The notes beneath the pieces were generated by a model that did not search any database, had not been told where the DNA came from, and saw only the letters and a program-made list of their open reading frames with translations. From the NCBI GenBank assembly GCA_944388995.1, contig CALXKN010000005.1, positions 30,895-94,894 on the forward strand: a stretch of DNA of 64,000 nucleotides, written 5' to 3'. The position numbers were made by a program, and so were the translations under genes. The DNA comes from an uncultured Spirochaetota bacterium. GTDB taxonomy: Bacteria > Spirochaetota > Spirochaetia > JAFGXN01. Below are positions 26,703 to 37,004 of this stretch, in pieces (the first letter of the stretch is position 1; each line of letters begins with the position of its first letter).

Positions 26703-28250
26703 CTATTCCCACTCGATTGTTGCCGGCGGTTTTGAAGTGATGTCGTAAACAACGCGGCCGACCTCTTTGACGCTGTTGGTAATCAGCGCACTGATTTCAA
26801 GCAAATCCGCCGCCTCAAACGGAAATACATCGGCTGTCATTCCGTCTTTGCTGACAATCGCGCGCAGAGCAACAACCGATCCGTATTTGCGGGCGTCTCC
26901 CGCCACACCGACGCTTCGATCGCTGAGTAAAACGCAAAACGCCTGCCAAATACGGTCATAGAGGCTGCGCCGTTTTAATTCGGAGATGAAAACAGCGTCG
27001 GCCTCCCTCAAAACATCGCAGCGCTCCTTTGTCACCTCTCCCATAATCCGCACTCCGAGACCGGGACCGGGAAACGGATGACGAAAGAGAATGGAATCGG
27101 CAATCCCAACCAATTTTCCTAAACTTCTCACTTCGTCTTTGTAGAGTTTATCCAGAGGCTCGATAATCAGACCGGCGGCGCGTTTGGCTTCAATTAATGG
27201 CGTGCGCACATTGTGATGACTTTTAATGACCTGCGCTTTTTTTCCGACGCCTTTTCCCGATTCAATTAAATCGGTATAGAGCGTTCCTTGGGCCAAAAAA
27301 TAGTCTCCGATATTCAGTTTGCCGATCTCCTCTTCCTGGACTTTGACAAACATATCTCCAATGATTTTCCGTTTTTTTTCCGGTTCGATAACGCCTTTCA
27401 AAGCCCCTAAAAAACGATCTTCGGCGTGAATCAGGTAAAGATTGACGGCGCCGAGTGTCTTCAGAATCGCCGCCACTTCATCCGATTCGTTTTTCCGCAT
27501 CATGCCGGTGTCGATGTACATTAAATGAACCTGTTCAGGCGGCAGTGATTTTAAAAGCAGACCGCCGACAACGGTAGAATCAACGCCGCCGGAAATCAGC
27601 AGCAACACCGGTCGAGTACCGACTTTTTCGGCAATTTGCTTTCTGACGGTCCCCAAATACGATTCCATCGACCATTCAGCGGCAGCGGAACAAATTTTTA
27701 ATACAAAATTCTTTAAAATTTCCGTTCCGTATTCACAGTGAGTCACTTCCGGATGGAACTGGATTCCCCAAATGCGTTTTTCGGGATGAAAAGCGGCAGC
27801 AATGTGGTGTTCGCTGTCAGCAATAACGCGAAAACCGTCCGCCGGCGTTTGAATGCTGTCACCGTGGCTCATCCACGAAGTGAAATTCTCCGGAATCCCA
27901 TCAAACAGAATATTCTCTTCCCGATAAACGATACGGCTGCGTCCATACTCTTTCTTTTCCAGCGACTCAACACGGCCGCCGAAAAAACGGGTTAAATTTT
28001 GAAAACCGTAACAAATTCCCAAGATCGGCAGTCCTGCTTCGAGCCACTTCGAATCGAACATCGGCGCCCCTTCTTCGTAAACCGAATAAGGAGATCCCGA
28101 AAAGATCACTCCTTTGAGATTTTCCTTCGGAACTTCATCGAACAAAATATCGCCGGGAAGAACGTCGCTGTAAACGCCGAAGTCACGGATACGGCGGGCA
28201 ATCAACTGCGTCGTTTGACTGCCGAAATCCAAAACAATTATTTTGTCCAT
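26703..28250 (-). CDS. guaA: GMP synthase (glutamine-hydrolysing)
   Basis: GATase domain (ILGICYGFQ), PP-loop SGGVDS, and a C-terminal end PPATIEWE. Confidence 0.95.
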   Translation of the reverse strand: MDKIIVLDFGSQTTQLIARRIRDFGVYSDVLPGDILFDEVPKENLKGVIFSGSPYSVYEEGAPMFDSKWLEAGLPILGICYGFQNLTRFFGGRVESLEKKEYGRSRIVYREENILFDGIPENFTSWMSHGDSIQTPADGFRVIADSEHHIAAAFHPEKRIWGIQFHPEVTHCEYGTEILKNFVLKICSAAAEWSMESYLGTVRKQIAEKVGTRPVLLLISGGVDSTVVGGLLLKSLPPEQVHLMYIDTGMMRKNESDEVAAILKTLGAVNLYLIHAEDRFLGALKGVIEPEKKRKIIGDMFVKVQEEEIGKLNIGDYFLAQGTLYTDLIESGKGVGKKAQVIKSHHNVRTPLIEAKRAAGLIIEPLDKLYKDEVRSLGKLVGIADSILFRHPFPGPGLGVRIMGEVTKERCDVLREADAVFISELKRRSLYDRIWQAFCVLLSDRSVGVAGDARKYGSVVALRAIVSKDGMTADVFPFEAADLLEISALITNSVKEVGRVVYDITSKPPATIEWE

Positions 28251-29464
28251 GGATCCTCCGCATTAAATGTTTGATCACGGTCGGGTCCGACGGAAATAAT
28301 CGAAATCGGAGTACCGGTAAACTCTTCTATAAAATTCAGATAATCAAGACACTCAGTCGGAAGTTCTGCTTTCGACCGAACGCCGCCCAGCGGTTTTTTC
28401 CACCCTTTGAAAGTTTTGAGCACCGGCTCGGCCTTTTCCAAGTCGGTGATTTTCGACGGAAATTCCGCCGTCTCTTTGCCGTCAATCCGGTATCCGACGC
28501 ACGCTCGGATCTCATCCATTCCATCGTAGACGTCAATGTGAGTCAAAACCAATCCGGTGATCCCGTTGACAATGCAGGCGTAGCGCAGCGCCGTGAGATC
28601 GAGATAGCCGCAGCGGCGGGCGCGGCCGGTTGTGACGCCGTACTCATGCCCCAGTTCGCGAACGAGGGTCTCCAAATCGCCGTCGCGCTCCTCTTTAAAT
28701 TCCGTCGGAAACGGTCCGTTGCCGACACGGGTTTGATACGCTTTAAAAATTCCCAGAATTTTATCGAGCTTTTTAGGACCGACGCAGCCACCGACCGACG
28801 CTCCCGCTGCACAGGAAAATCCGGAAGAGACAAACGGGTACGTTCCCGAATCCAAATCGAGCAGCGCGCCCTGCGCGCCTTCAAAGAGATTCATTGAATT
28901 TTTTCTCTCTTCCATCCAATAAGCAGCATTGACAACCATCGGCGCCAATTTTTCTTTATATGGATCCAAAAACGCCTTCTCCTCAGCTGTAAGCCGCGAA
29001 TAAAACTTTTCGTCATACAAATCGCAGACGCGCAGACCGTCTCGGTTGGCTTTCTGTCCGTAAGCAATGCCGATTCCGCGTCCCGTCGTTCCGATCGGAA
29101 AACGGCGTTTTTGGTCTTGTTCCTTATCAACCGCTTTATACGAAGGCAAAACCAGGTGCGCGCGGTCGGAAACGAATAACCGGCCTTTCCAGTCAACACC
29201 CTGCGTTTCGAGTTCCGCCAATTCGTTAAAAAGCGCTTCAGGATCGATGACCATTGCCGCTCCCAAAAGACACTGCTTGCCCGGATAAACCATTCCCGAC
29301 GGCACCAAATGAAGTTTGTATGTGCGTCCGCCGGCAACGATGGTATGTCCCGCATTGGCACCGCCTGAAAAGCGAATAACATTTTCGGCTCGGTCGGCTA
29401 AATAGTCGACAATCTTTCCTTTTCCCTCATCGCCCCACTGAGCGCCGATGATCACCAAATTCAT
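28238..29464 (-). CDS. purA: Adenylosuccinate synthetase
   Basis: GAQWGDEGKGK P-loop and GTTGRGIG. Confidence 0.95.
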   Translation of the reverse strand: MNLVIIGAQWGDEGKGKIVDYLADRAENVIRFSGGANAGHTIVAGGRTYKLHLVPSGMVYPGKQCLLGAAMVIDPEALFNELAELETQGVDWKGRLFVSDRAHLVLPSYKAVDKEQDQKRRFPIGTTGRGIGIAYGQKANRDGLRVCDLYDEKFYSRLTAEEKAFLDPYKEKLAPMVVNAAYWMEERKNSMNLFEGAQGALLDLDSGTYPFVSSGFSCAAGASVGGCVGPKKLDKILGIFKAYQTRVGNGPFPTEFKEERDGDLETLVRELGHEYGVTTGRARRCGYLDLTALRYACIVNGITGLVLTHIDVYDGMDEIRACVGYRIDGKETAEFPSKITDLEKAEPVLKTFKGWKKPLGGVRSKAELPTECLDYLNFIEEFTGTPISIISVGPDRDQTFNAEDPWTK

Positions 29465-29489
29465 TTTGAGACTCCTCCGTCGAAATCGT

Positions 29490-30929
29490 TTATCTGCGCG
29501 AATAATTCGGCGCTTCCTGCGTAATTAAAACGTCATGAGCGTGACTTTCCTGCAATCCGGCACCGGAAATTTTAACGAAGCGGCGGTAATTTTTCAGCAG
29601 ATCGAGCGTGCGGCAGCCGCAGTACCCCATACCTTTCTTCAATCCCGTCGTCAGCTGAACCAAAAAGTCTTTCAGCTCGCCTTTGTACGGAACGTTTCCT
29701 TCAATTCCCTCGGGAACGGGTTGATCGCCCTCTTTCATTTGGTAACGGTCGCCGGCTCCTTCATTGATGGCGCCGATAGAGCCCATACCGCGGTACTGCT
29801 TGAACATCCGTCCTTCGTAAATCACCTCTTTTCCCGGCGATTCTTTCAAACCGGCCAACAGATTGCCGAGCATGACGCAGGAAGCCCCGGCGCCGATTGC
29901 CTTGACAATATCTCCAGAAAATTTAATACCTCCGTCGGCAATAATCGGCACATTGTACTTTTTGGCCTCTTCAGCACAGACCAAAACCGCCGTGAACTGC
30001 GGCATTCCGCTGCCGGCTACAATCCGCGTCGTGCAAATCGAACCGGGACCGACGCCGACTTTTACCGCATCGGCGCCGGCTTCGCACAGTCGGCGAGTGC
30101 CTTCCGCCGTAACAACATTGCCTCCTATGACAGGAATATCGTAGCGTTTCTTAATGGCAGCTACGGCTTCGATGACGTTGCGGCTGTCTCCGTGAGCGGC
30201 GTCAAGAGCGACAAAGTCAACGCCCGCTTCGGTTAAAAGCGGCATCCGCTTCTGCCAGTCCATCGGCGAAATCGCGGCTCCGACAATCAGCCGTCCTTTT
30301 TTGTCCGTTGCCGCATTCGGATAACTTTGGTGTTTTTCCATATCTTTAACGGTAATCAATCCTGTCAGCCGCCGACCGTTATCGACAACGGGCAGTTTTT
30401 CGATTTTATATTGATGGAATTTTTCGACAGCCGATTCGGGACTCGGATCTCCCTCTTCCACAATCACGTTTTTTGTCATGCGGTCGACGACTTTTTCGGA
30501 GTTATCGTTGCAAAACATAATATCGCGGTGAGTGATAATGCCGACCAAAGTTCCGTCGTCTTGAACAACGGGAAGTCCGGAAACGCCTTCTTTCTGAATA
30601 ATCCTCCGCACATCGCCGACAGTCATTTTATCGGAAACAGTAATGGGATTGTCGATAACCCAATTCAAAAAACGTTTGACGGCAAAAATTTGTTTGGCCT
30701 GAACTTCAGGCGTCAAATTGCGATGGATAACGCCGGCGCCGCCGTTCAACGCCAAAGCGATTGCCATATTCTCTTCTGTCACCGTATCCATCGCTGCGGA
30801 CAAAACAGGCGCATTCAACCTGACGTTTTCAAAAAGCTGTACAGAGATGTCCGCTTCCGACGGAAGAAAATCGGCATATCCCGGCACCAATAGAACGTCA
30901 TCGTAACTCAACGCATCGAAAATTTCCAT
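29490..30929 (-). CDS. guaB: IMP dehydrogenase
   Basis: CBS pair, catalytic loop [11 protein letters not shown], and GGIKFSGD. Confidence 0.95.
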   Translation of the reverse strand: MEIFDALSYDDVLLVPGYADFLPSEADISVQLFENVRLNAPVLSAAMDTVTEENMAIALALNGGAGVIHRNLTPEVQAKQIFAVKRFLNWVIDNPITVSDKMTVGDVRRIIQKEGVSGLPVVQDDGTLVGIITHRDIMFCNDNSEKVVDRMTKNVIVEEGDPSPESAVEKFHQYKIEKLPVVDNGRRLTGLITVKDMEKHQSYPNAATDKKGRLIVGAAISPMDWQKRMPLLTEAGVDFVALDAAHGDSRNVIEAVAAIKKRYDIPVIGGNVVTAEGTRRLCEAGADAVKVGVGPGSICTTRIVAGSGMPQFTAVLVCAEEAKKYNVPIIADGGIKFSGDIVKAIGAGASCVMLGNLLAGLKESPGKEVIYEGRMFKQYRGMGSIGAINEGAGDRYQMKEGDQPVPEGIEGNVPYKGELKDFLVQLTTGLKKGMGYCGCRTLDLLKNYRRFVKISGAGLQESHAHDVLITQEAPNYSRR

Positions 30930-30947
30930 AAAAAACTCCTATGTTAC

Positions 30948-30976
30948 ATTCTATCTGAAATACGAAAAAAAGTCAA
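30948..30976 (-). promoter_or_regulatory. Candidate promoter of guaB-purA-guaA
   Basis: On the minus strand: TTGACT, 17 nt, TAGAAT. This is followed by an AGGAG SD and the ATG. The leader is short. Confidence 0.55.
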
Positions 30977-31039
30977 AGAAGAACCGTCAACTTCTTGATT
31001 ATCTCGGATGTTTCTTTTATCATAATCCCGGAGGTTTGC

Positions 31040-32533
31040 GTGAAAAACCGATTATTCGTTTTGACTCTTCTTCTGACCGCCGGAACTGTTTGCTTTCTCC
31101 CGGGATGCCGCCGAAATTCGACGCACGGACTTTTTACCGCCCTCAACGTCGAAGAACAGACCGAAAAAGCTGCCAAAAGCGATTGGATTTCCGAAGACGC
31201 CGAAACGCAAAACGAACCGTTTGTCCACATTTCCGACGAATGGTCGCTGTTTCACGTTATTTCCGAGAACATTAACGCCGACGAATTCCAAGAACAGATT
31301 CTGATCGTTAAAGAAAAAAATACCGTTGCCTCTTTTATCGAACTGTTGATTGTCCGCTTCGATCCGCTTTCCAACTCTTATATCATCTCCGATCGACTGA
31401 AAACAAGAGCCACCGTCACCGAAAATTTCAATGTCCAGACAATCGATTTAACGGGAAATTTCAAACTTGATCTGATTTGCCAAGGCATCAATGCAGCCGG
31501 AGAAGCGACCTTGGATGCGTTCTGCGAAGAATCGCCGAAATTCGAAGCGGATCTGCCGTTTTACCGTTCGATTCTATCGATTTCCGTCCCCGGAGTGATC
31601 GAAATTCAATCACGAGAGCGAAACAACCCGGAATATATCGATAAAACCGAACCGGGAGAACCGTTTACCATCATCGCCAAACGAGCCGCCTCCCGCCTGA
31701 ATTTCACAATCGAAGAAACTTATTCGTGGGACGGAAACGAGGGCGTTTACAAAAAAAGCGGAGAGACCACCGTCTCCGACAACATCCGCGATCCGGCGGC
31801 GCTGCGTCGCATTATCGGCGAAACAACCGATTCGTTCAGCGCCATGATTGACGGTGCCTGGAAATTCGGCGGCTCGGATACAATTTTGTTTCTGAATGCG
31901 CAAACCAAAAAAATCGAACTCTATGATTACGACTCTATTGAAAGTTACTCATGGGCGCAGACGTACAAATCGCTCTACAACCGGTTTACGGTGCAAGGGT
32001 ACAACGATTACATCAAGTTTATCATTCTTTCACTGCGGATAACGGTTCTCTCCCCGAACGAAATTTTAATCGATGTTTATGATGTCAACTCCAATTCCGT
32101 CACCTTTAAGAAAAACATTCCGCTTTCGGGGCGCTACACCCGTCTTGATGACGAAGAGATTTTCACACCGGAGAAACCGGAACCGGTCTCCCCGCAGGAG
32201 CTTTCCGGCGTCTACCTGTCGGAGATGAACCGCAGGGTACGGTTTGACGGGAACCGGTTCGCTTTTTCGGGGGAAACCGCCTCGCAGGGATATTTTTCCC
32301 TCTATCCGCTGAACGAAAAAGAGACCGTTTTGTGCTTAAAAACCGTCAGTCCGACTTATGCCGTCACTGCCGCTGAAAATTATCTTATTGACTTCAATGA
32401 AACCCGGGAAGACGGAAAAGTGACAAAATCGATCCGTCTGACTCCGATCCGGCTGACCGTCAACGGCGCGGCCGCCGTTCCCGGAGCGGAGACGGTTCAA
32501 TACGAACAGGTTGTGGATACGGATGTTGATTAA
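31040..32533 (+). CDS. Hypothetical lipoprotein
   Basis: GTG start 6 nt after GGAGG. Signal peptide plus lipobox (LLLTAGTVCFLPGC). No domain recognised. Confidence 0.55.
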   Translation: MKNRLFVLTLLLTAGTVCFLPGCRRNSTHGLFTALNVEEQTEKAAKSDWISEDAETQNEPFVHISDEWSLFHVISENINADEFQEQILIVKEKNTVASFIELLIVRFDPLSNSYIISDRLKTRATVTENFNVQTIDLTGNFKLDLICQGINAAGEATLDAFCEESPKFEADLPFYRSILSISVPGVIEIQSRERNNPEYIDKTEPGEPFTIIAKRAASRLNFTIEETYSWDGNEGVYKKSGETTVSDNIRDPAALRRIIGETTDSFSAMIDGAWKFGGSDTILFLNAQTKKIELYDYDSIESYSWAQTYKSLYNRFTVQGYNDYIKFIILSLRITVLSPNEILIDVYDVNSNSVTFKKNIPLSGRYTRLDDEEIFTPEKPEPVSPQELSGVYLSEMNRRVRFDGNRFAFSGETASQGYFSLYPLNEKETVLCLKTVSPTYAVTAAENYLIDFNETREDGKVTKSIRLTPIRLTVNGAAAVPGAETVQYEQVVDTDVD

Positions 32534-33471
32534 TAGACGTCGTTGACGATAAACGCTTCAATATCGAGACTTTTAAGGAAACCGACGGTTCGCGCGTAAT
32601 CGTCTTCAATCGGCAAAACGTAAATCCGGTAAAAAATCTTTCCGTTCTGAGTAATTTTCCTGATTTTTCCCGATAATCCCTGCATTTCGAGATCCCTCAA
32701 AACGGCGTCCGCGTTTTCCGGCAGAGAATACGATCCCGCGACGATCAGCCGCCGTTTTTGCGGTTTTTCAACCTCTTCCGCCGGAGCGGCCGCCGCCTTC
32801 TCCGTCACCCCGTTTTCAGCCAACATCATCGCCGGGGAAAGCAGCCTCCAGTCGAAACCGGGGGTCTCAACCGGGTATCCGGCTGTCTTTAAAAGATCGG
32901 TAATGGCTGACAGTTCTTCTGGATAGCGGGAAGCGAAAAGCGCGATCCACGGCAGATAATTCTTCACGGATTCGTAGGTGTCTTTAACATTGATGTCAAG
33001 GATTTTCCGCACGCAGGCGGCGCACGTTTCCGCCTCTCCTTTCAGAAACGCCGCGTAAGCAAAGTAAAAATAGGTTTGCGAAAGAAGAACATCATCACTG
33101 CACCGCGCCAAGCAAATGTCAAGCTGATTTTCCGCCCGTTCGATCTGATTGGTTTCGATCAGAAGCGCGGCTGAACGGAGCAGCATACTGAAATCCGGTT
33201 CGGAAGGACGCGCCGAAAATGCCTTTTCGTAAAATTCCTGGGCCCGGCGGTAGTCCCCCAGAAAATCGTATAAATAAGCCTTACGGGAAAAAATTTCGTA
33301 TAAAATCTGCGGATCCGAAACCGTTTTTTCAAATTCGGTTAAAATCGACAGCGCCGTCTGAGGATTTTCCTCTTTTTCGAACTTATCCAGAACGGCCGGC
33401 CAATCGGCCGCAGCAGGCAGCAACGGGATAAAGAAAAAAAGAACGGCAAAAAATTTCCGGTTATTTGTCAT
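32530..33471 (-). CDS. TPR-repeat protein with C-terminal SPOR-like peptidoglycan-binding domain
   Basis: Signal peptide and TPR-like repeats. The C-terminus (RLIVAGSYSLPENADAVLRDLEMQGLSGKIRKI...YRIYV) resembles SPOR. Confidence 0.6.
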   Translation of the reverse strand: MTNNRKFFAVLFFFIPLLPAAADWPAVLDKFEKEENPQTALSILTEFEKTVSDPQILYEIFSRKAYLYDFLGDYRRAQEFYEKAFSARPSEPDFSMLLRSAALLIETNQIERAENQLDICLARCSDDVLLSQTYFYFAYAAFLKGEAETCAACVRKILDINVKDTYESVKNYLPWIALFASRYPEELSAITDLLKTAGYPVETPGFDWRLLSPAMMLAENGVTEKAAAAPAEEVEKPQKRRLIVAGSYSLPENADAVLRDLEMQGLSGKIRKITQNGKIFYRIYVLPIEDDYARTVGFLKSLDIEAFIVNDVY

Positions 33472-33778
33472 AATACGGCAGTCCGGAGAGTTTTTTCTTT
33501 TCGGGAAGAGTCTTTTTCAGGCGGATTTTTTCCTCTTTCCGTTTCTTCCGCTCTTTAAAAAAACGCCCAGTCATTCCCGTCAGAAAAATAAAAGTCGCAA
33601 GCAGAAAACCGGCAATGAAAGAAACGGCCACCGTCAGCAAAACCGGAACCGATTCGTAAGATTTGAAGACCAGGGAAACCGGAGCTCTGAAATCAAGGTT
33701 GAAACCGACAAAAAAGGCCGCCAAAATAATGACGGAAAGAAGGAAAAAGACCGAAAAAACTGTCTTAAACAGTGTCAT
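33461..33778 (-). CDS. Small membrane protein, LapA/DUF1049-like
   Basis: Two TM helices followed by a basic tail. The start is set at MTLFKTVF, so it overlaps the miaB end by 14 nt. Confidence 0.45.
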   Translation of the reverse strand: MTLFKTVFSVFFLLSVIILAAFFVGFNLDFRAPVSLVFKSYESVPVLLTVAVSFIAGFLLATFIFLTGMTGRFFKERKKRKEEKIRLKKTLPEKKKLSGLPYYDK

Positions 33779-35066
33779 CAAGTTGCCCCCTGTATGTCGT
33801 TCCGGAAAGCGAAAGCAGCCTGACACGGACGAACGTTCCTATTATACCGTTTTTTCCGGGAAAAACAACCATATTGTTTTGTTCCGTGCGCCCCAGAATT
33901 TCGGATTCGTTCTTTTTGGAGACCTCTTCCGCCAAAACCGTCACGGTTTGCCCCAAACGCTTGGTTTTTTCCCGGACGGAAATCTGCCGCTGCAGTTCAA
34001 TCACTCGCCCCAAACGCTCTTTCTTCACCTCTTCGGAAAGCTGTCCCTTCATTTCAGCCGCCGCCGTTCCCGTCCGCGGATTGAAAAAATACGTAAAAGC
34101 GTCTTCAAATCCGACTCTGCGAATCAAATCCAGCGTCTCATCCAAATCCTCCCCGGTTTCCCCGGGAAAACCGACCAGCAAATCGGTGCTTAAAGCGATT
34201 TGAGGCATCCGCGCGCGGATACGTGAGACCAAATTCAAATAATAGTCCCTTGTGTAACGGCGGTTCATGCCGGAAAGAATTCTGTCCGAACCGTGCTGAA
34301 CGGGCAGATGGAGCGATTTGCAGATTTGCGGAAATTCCGCCATTGCGGCGATGATTTCATCCGAGAGATCTTTCGGATGGGAACTGACGAACCGCAGCCA
34401 TTTTACCGGCGTAAGGGAACAAATTTCGGCTAAAAGTTGTCCGAACGAACGTCCGTTCGCAGCATATGAATTGACGTTCTGTCCCAGAAGAGTGATTTCC
34501 TGCACTCCTTTTTCCGTTAAACCGTTAATCTCGTTAATAATTTCTTCCGGATTCCGGGAAATTTCACGGCCCCGAACATAAGGAACGATGCAGTACGTGC
34601 AGAAATTATTGCATCCGTGCATGATCGGCACAAAAGCTTTAAAACTGCCGGGAACGAAGTGATTTCCTCCGAACGCAAAGACGGAAGAGCGTTCCAAATC
34701 GATCTCGCCGCGGTTTTCGGTCAGCTGATCAAGAATTTCCGGCAGGCGGTTTTTTTCTCCGTTGCCGGCAACGCAGTCGACAAACGGAAAACGGCGGCGG
34801 ATCTCCTCTCCGTAATGATCGGCAAGACAGCCGCAGAGAACCAGCGAAACGGGCTTTCCGTAAAGAGCCGATTTAAAAAAACCGAGACGCCCCCAAATCC
34901 GCTCTTCCGCACTTTTGCGCACCGAACAGGTATTCAGGACAATGGCCTGCGCCTCCTGCGGATTTTCCGTCGGCCGCCACCCTCTCTCCTTTAAAGCATT
35001 TTCCAGAGCGGCGCTTTCGGCGAAATTCATCTGGCAACCGTAGGTCTCGAGATAATATTTTTTCAT
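33765..35066 (-). CDS. miaB: tRNA-2-methylthio-N6-dimethylallyladenosine synthase
   Basis: UPF0004 N-terminus (ETYGCQMN), radical SAM CNNFCTYC, and a TRAM C-terminus. Confidence 0.9.
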   Translation of the reverse strand: MKKYYLETYGCQMNFAESAALENALKERGWRPTENPQEAQAIVLNTCSVRKSAEERIWGRLGFFKSALYGKPVSLVLCGCLADHYGEEIRRRFPFVDCVAGNGEKNRLPEILDQLTENRGEIDLERSSVFAFGGNHFVPGSFKAFVPIMHGCNNFCTYCIVPYVRGREISRNPEEIINEINGLTEKGVQEITLLGQNVNSYAANGRSFGQLLAEICSLTPVKWLRFVSSHPKDLSDEIIAAMAEFPQICKSLHLPVQHGSDRILSGMNRRYTRDYYLNLVSRIRARMPQIALSTDLLVGFPGETGEDLDETLDLIRRVGFEDAFTYFFNPRTGTAAAEMKGQLSEEVKKERLGRVIELQRQISVREKTKRLGQTVTVLAEEVSKKNESEILGRTEQNNMVVFPGKNGIIGTFVRVRLLSLSGTTYRGQLDDTV

Positions 35067-35069
35067 GCG

Positions 35070-36323
35070 TCAGTGTTTGAAGCTGCGTTCTCCGGTGAAC
35101 ATCATGGCCGCTCCGTATTCGTTGCACGCTTCAATGACTTCAAAGTCGCGGATGGAACCGCCCGGCTGCACGACGGCCGAAACGCCCTGCTTCAGACCGA
35201 CGTCAATTCCGTCCCGGAACGGGAAAAAGGCATCGGAAACCATAACGGAACTTTTCAGTCCGGCGTTTTCGGCTTTCACCGTTTCAATGATTTCCCCGCG
35301 TTTGAGTTCGTCTTCCAGAAGCGCCCACGGGGTTCCGTACTTTTCGAAAGCCAGACAGTCCTGCCGTTTTCGATACGCCTTATCGACAGCAATTTCAGCA
35401 ACGCCGACTCGATCCTGTTCTCCCGTTCCGATGGCAACGGTTGCTCCGTCTTTAACGAAAATTACTGAATTGGATGTGATTCCGCTCTCTACCAGCCAAC
35501 CGAAAATCATATCATCGATTTCTTTCTCCGTCGGCTGACGTTTGACTTCATAATGTTGTCCTTTATACTCGGTTTCGGCTTTTAAAAGATCTTTTCCGCT
35601 TCTGACCTTCGGAATATAAGAGGTTTGAGCGATAATTCCGCCGTCAACCAACGCTTTGTAATCCAAAACGGGAACGGCAACATAACGGGAAAGATTTTCA
35701 ATGGCGTTGATGCGCATGACTCTCAGATTTTTATGTTTTGCAAAAATACTGAGAACTCCCTCCTCAAATTCCGGCGCCGCCACCACTTCGGTATAAGAAG
35801 CCGCAATCGCTTCGGCCGTCTCCTTGTCGACGGGGCGGTTCACGGTCACGGCGCCGCCGAAAGCAGCAATTCGGTCGGCAAAATACGCTTTACGGTACGC
35901 TTCTGCCAACGAAGCGCCTTTGGCAGCTCCGCACGGATTGTTGTGTTTGACAATGACAGCCATCGGCGTTTCCTGAAAGTAGCGCAGAATATTAAGAGCA
36001 TTGTCGACATCGGTGATATTGGTTTTCCCCGGATGCTTTCCGGATTGCAGAAGTTCGGCATCGGAAGCCAGCCAACGCCCGGGCTGAATACAGGTAACGT
36101 TGCCGAGTGTTAAATTTCCATTAATCAAGCGGTAAAGCGCCGCCTCCTGCCCGGGATTTTCACCGTAGCGCAGTCCTTTTTTTTCACCGTTGATATCCCA
36201 TACAACCCGTTCGTACAGCAGAGATTGCCGTTGCGCCGGATCGTCAAAGAATGAAATTTCCATATGTTGGGGAAAGTGGTCATCCTGCACAGTTTTATAC
36301 ATTTTCTGCAATTCGCCCATCAT
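35070..36323 (-). CDS. purH: AICAR formyltransferase part of PurH (C-terminal domain as a separate reading frame)
   Basis: LRYGENPGQ, KHNNPCG and a C-terminal GERSFKH. It starts ATGATG immediately after the in-frame TGA of the upstream ORF. Confidence 0.85.
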   Translation of the reverse strand: MMGELQKMYKTVQDDHFPQHMEISFFDDPAQRQSLLYERVVWDINGEKKGLRYGENPGQEAALYRLINGNLTLGNVTCIQPGRWLASDAELLQSGKHPGKTNITDVDNALNILRYFQETPMAVIVKHNNPCGAAKGASLAEAYRKAYFADRIAAFGGAVTVNRPVDKETAEAIAASYTEVVAAPEFEEGVLSIFAKHKNLRVMRINAIENLSRYVAVPVLDYKALVDGGIIAQTSYIPKVRSGKDLLKAETEYKGQHYEVKRQPTEKEIDDMIFGWLVESGITSNSVIFVKDGATVAIGTGEQDRVGVAEIAVDKAYRKRQDCLAFEKYGTPWALLEDELKRGEIIETVKAENAGLKSSVMVSDAFFPFRDGIDVGLKQGVSAVVQPGGSIRDFEVIEACNEYGAAMMFTGERSFKH

Positions 36324-37004
36324 TCACCCCCGATTTTGAATTTGATAAACGCTCAGCGCTGATTCGTCTCTGCTTTCCAGAAAATCGGCAATCGCACGGT
36401 CGTAGTCGGCTGTGTGCCGAAAGCCTTTTTGACCTAAACGAAAACGAGTGGCAAGCGACAGTGCGCCGTTGTTCCGTTTCAATTCATCCAAAACTTCTCT
36501 GTAATCCGCCGGATCGCAGAGAACGGCTACCCGTAAAAAGTTTTTCGACGAAGCACGCAGCATACACGGACCGCCGATATCGATATTGGTTCGGGCTTCC
36601 TCAACCGTAACGTCTGAGCGGGAAACCGTTTCGCGGAACGGATAAAGATTGACGACCGTCATGTCGAATTCAACCGCACCGATCCGTTTTAAATCGGAAC
36701 GGTGTGCTTCATTATATGTTTCGCTTAAAAGTCCGGTGTAAATTTTGAAATCAAGGGTTTTAACCAATCCGCCTTGCATCTCCGGCTGTCCCGTGTAGTC
36801 GGAAACCGATTTGAGTTTCGGCGAACCTTTCCCCAGAATTTTTTCGATTGCGGCAAAGGTTCCTCCCGTCGAATAAAAAGTCACTCCAGGGCAGGCATCG
36901 CAGAGACCGCGAACAAAATCTTCCAAGCCGCTTTTATCGGAAACGCTAATCAGAACGTTTCGAATCGAAACCGCGTCGTCGACTTTTTCCACAATGTTCA
37001 ACAT
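36324..37004 (-). CDS. purH: IMP cyclohydrolase (MGS-like) part of PurH (N-terminal domain as a separate reading frame)
   Basis: VLISVSDKSGL, STGGT, VVNLYPF and IDIGGPCMLRASSKNF motifs. It ends at TGA 36326-36324, in the same frame as the next ORF. Confidence 0.8.
   Translation of the reverse strand: MLNIVEKVDDAVSIRNVLISVSDKSGLEDFVRGLCDACPGVTFYSTGGTFAAIEKILGKGSPKLKSVSDYTGQPEMQGGLVKTLDFKIYTGLLSETYNEAHRSDLKRIGAVEFDMTVVNLYPFRETVSRSDVTVEEARTNIDIGGPCMLRASSKNFLRVAVLCDPADYREVLDELKRNNGALSLATRFRLGQKGFRHTADYDRAIADFLESRDESALSVYQIQNRG

Noticed and set aside
36324-36326. In-frame TGA in purH as a selenocysteine or a recoded codon.
   Set aside because: It lies in a non-catalytic linker and no SECIS-like hairpin is evident downstream. 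TGA clearly terminates other genes here, such as rodA. An ATGATG restart follows immediately.
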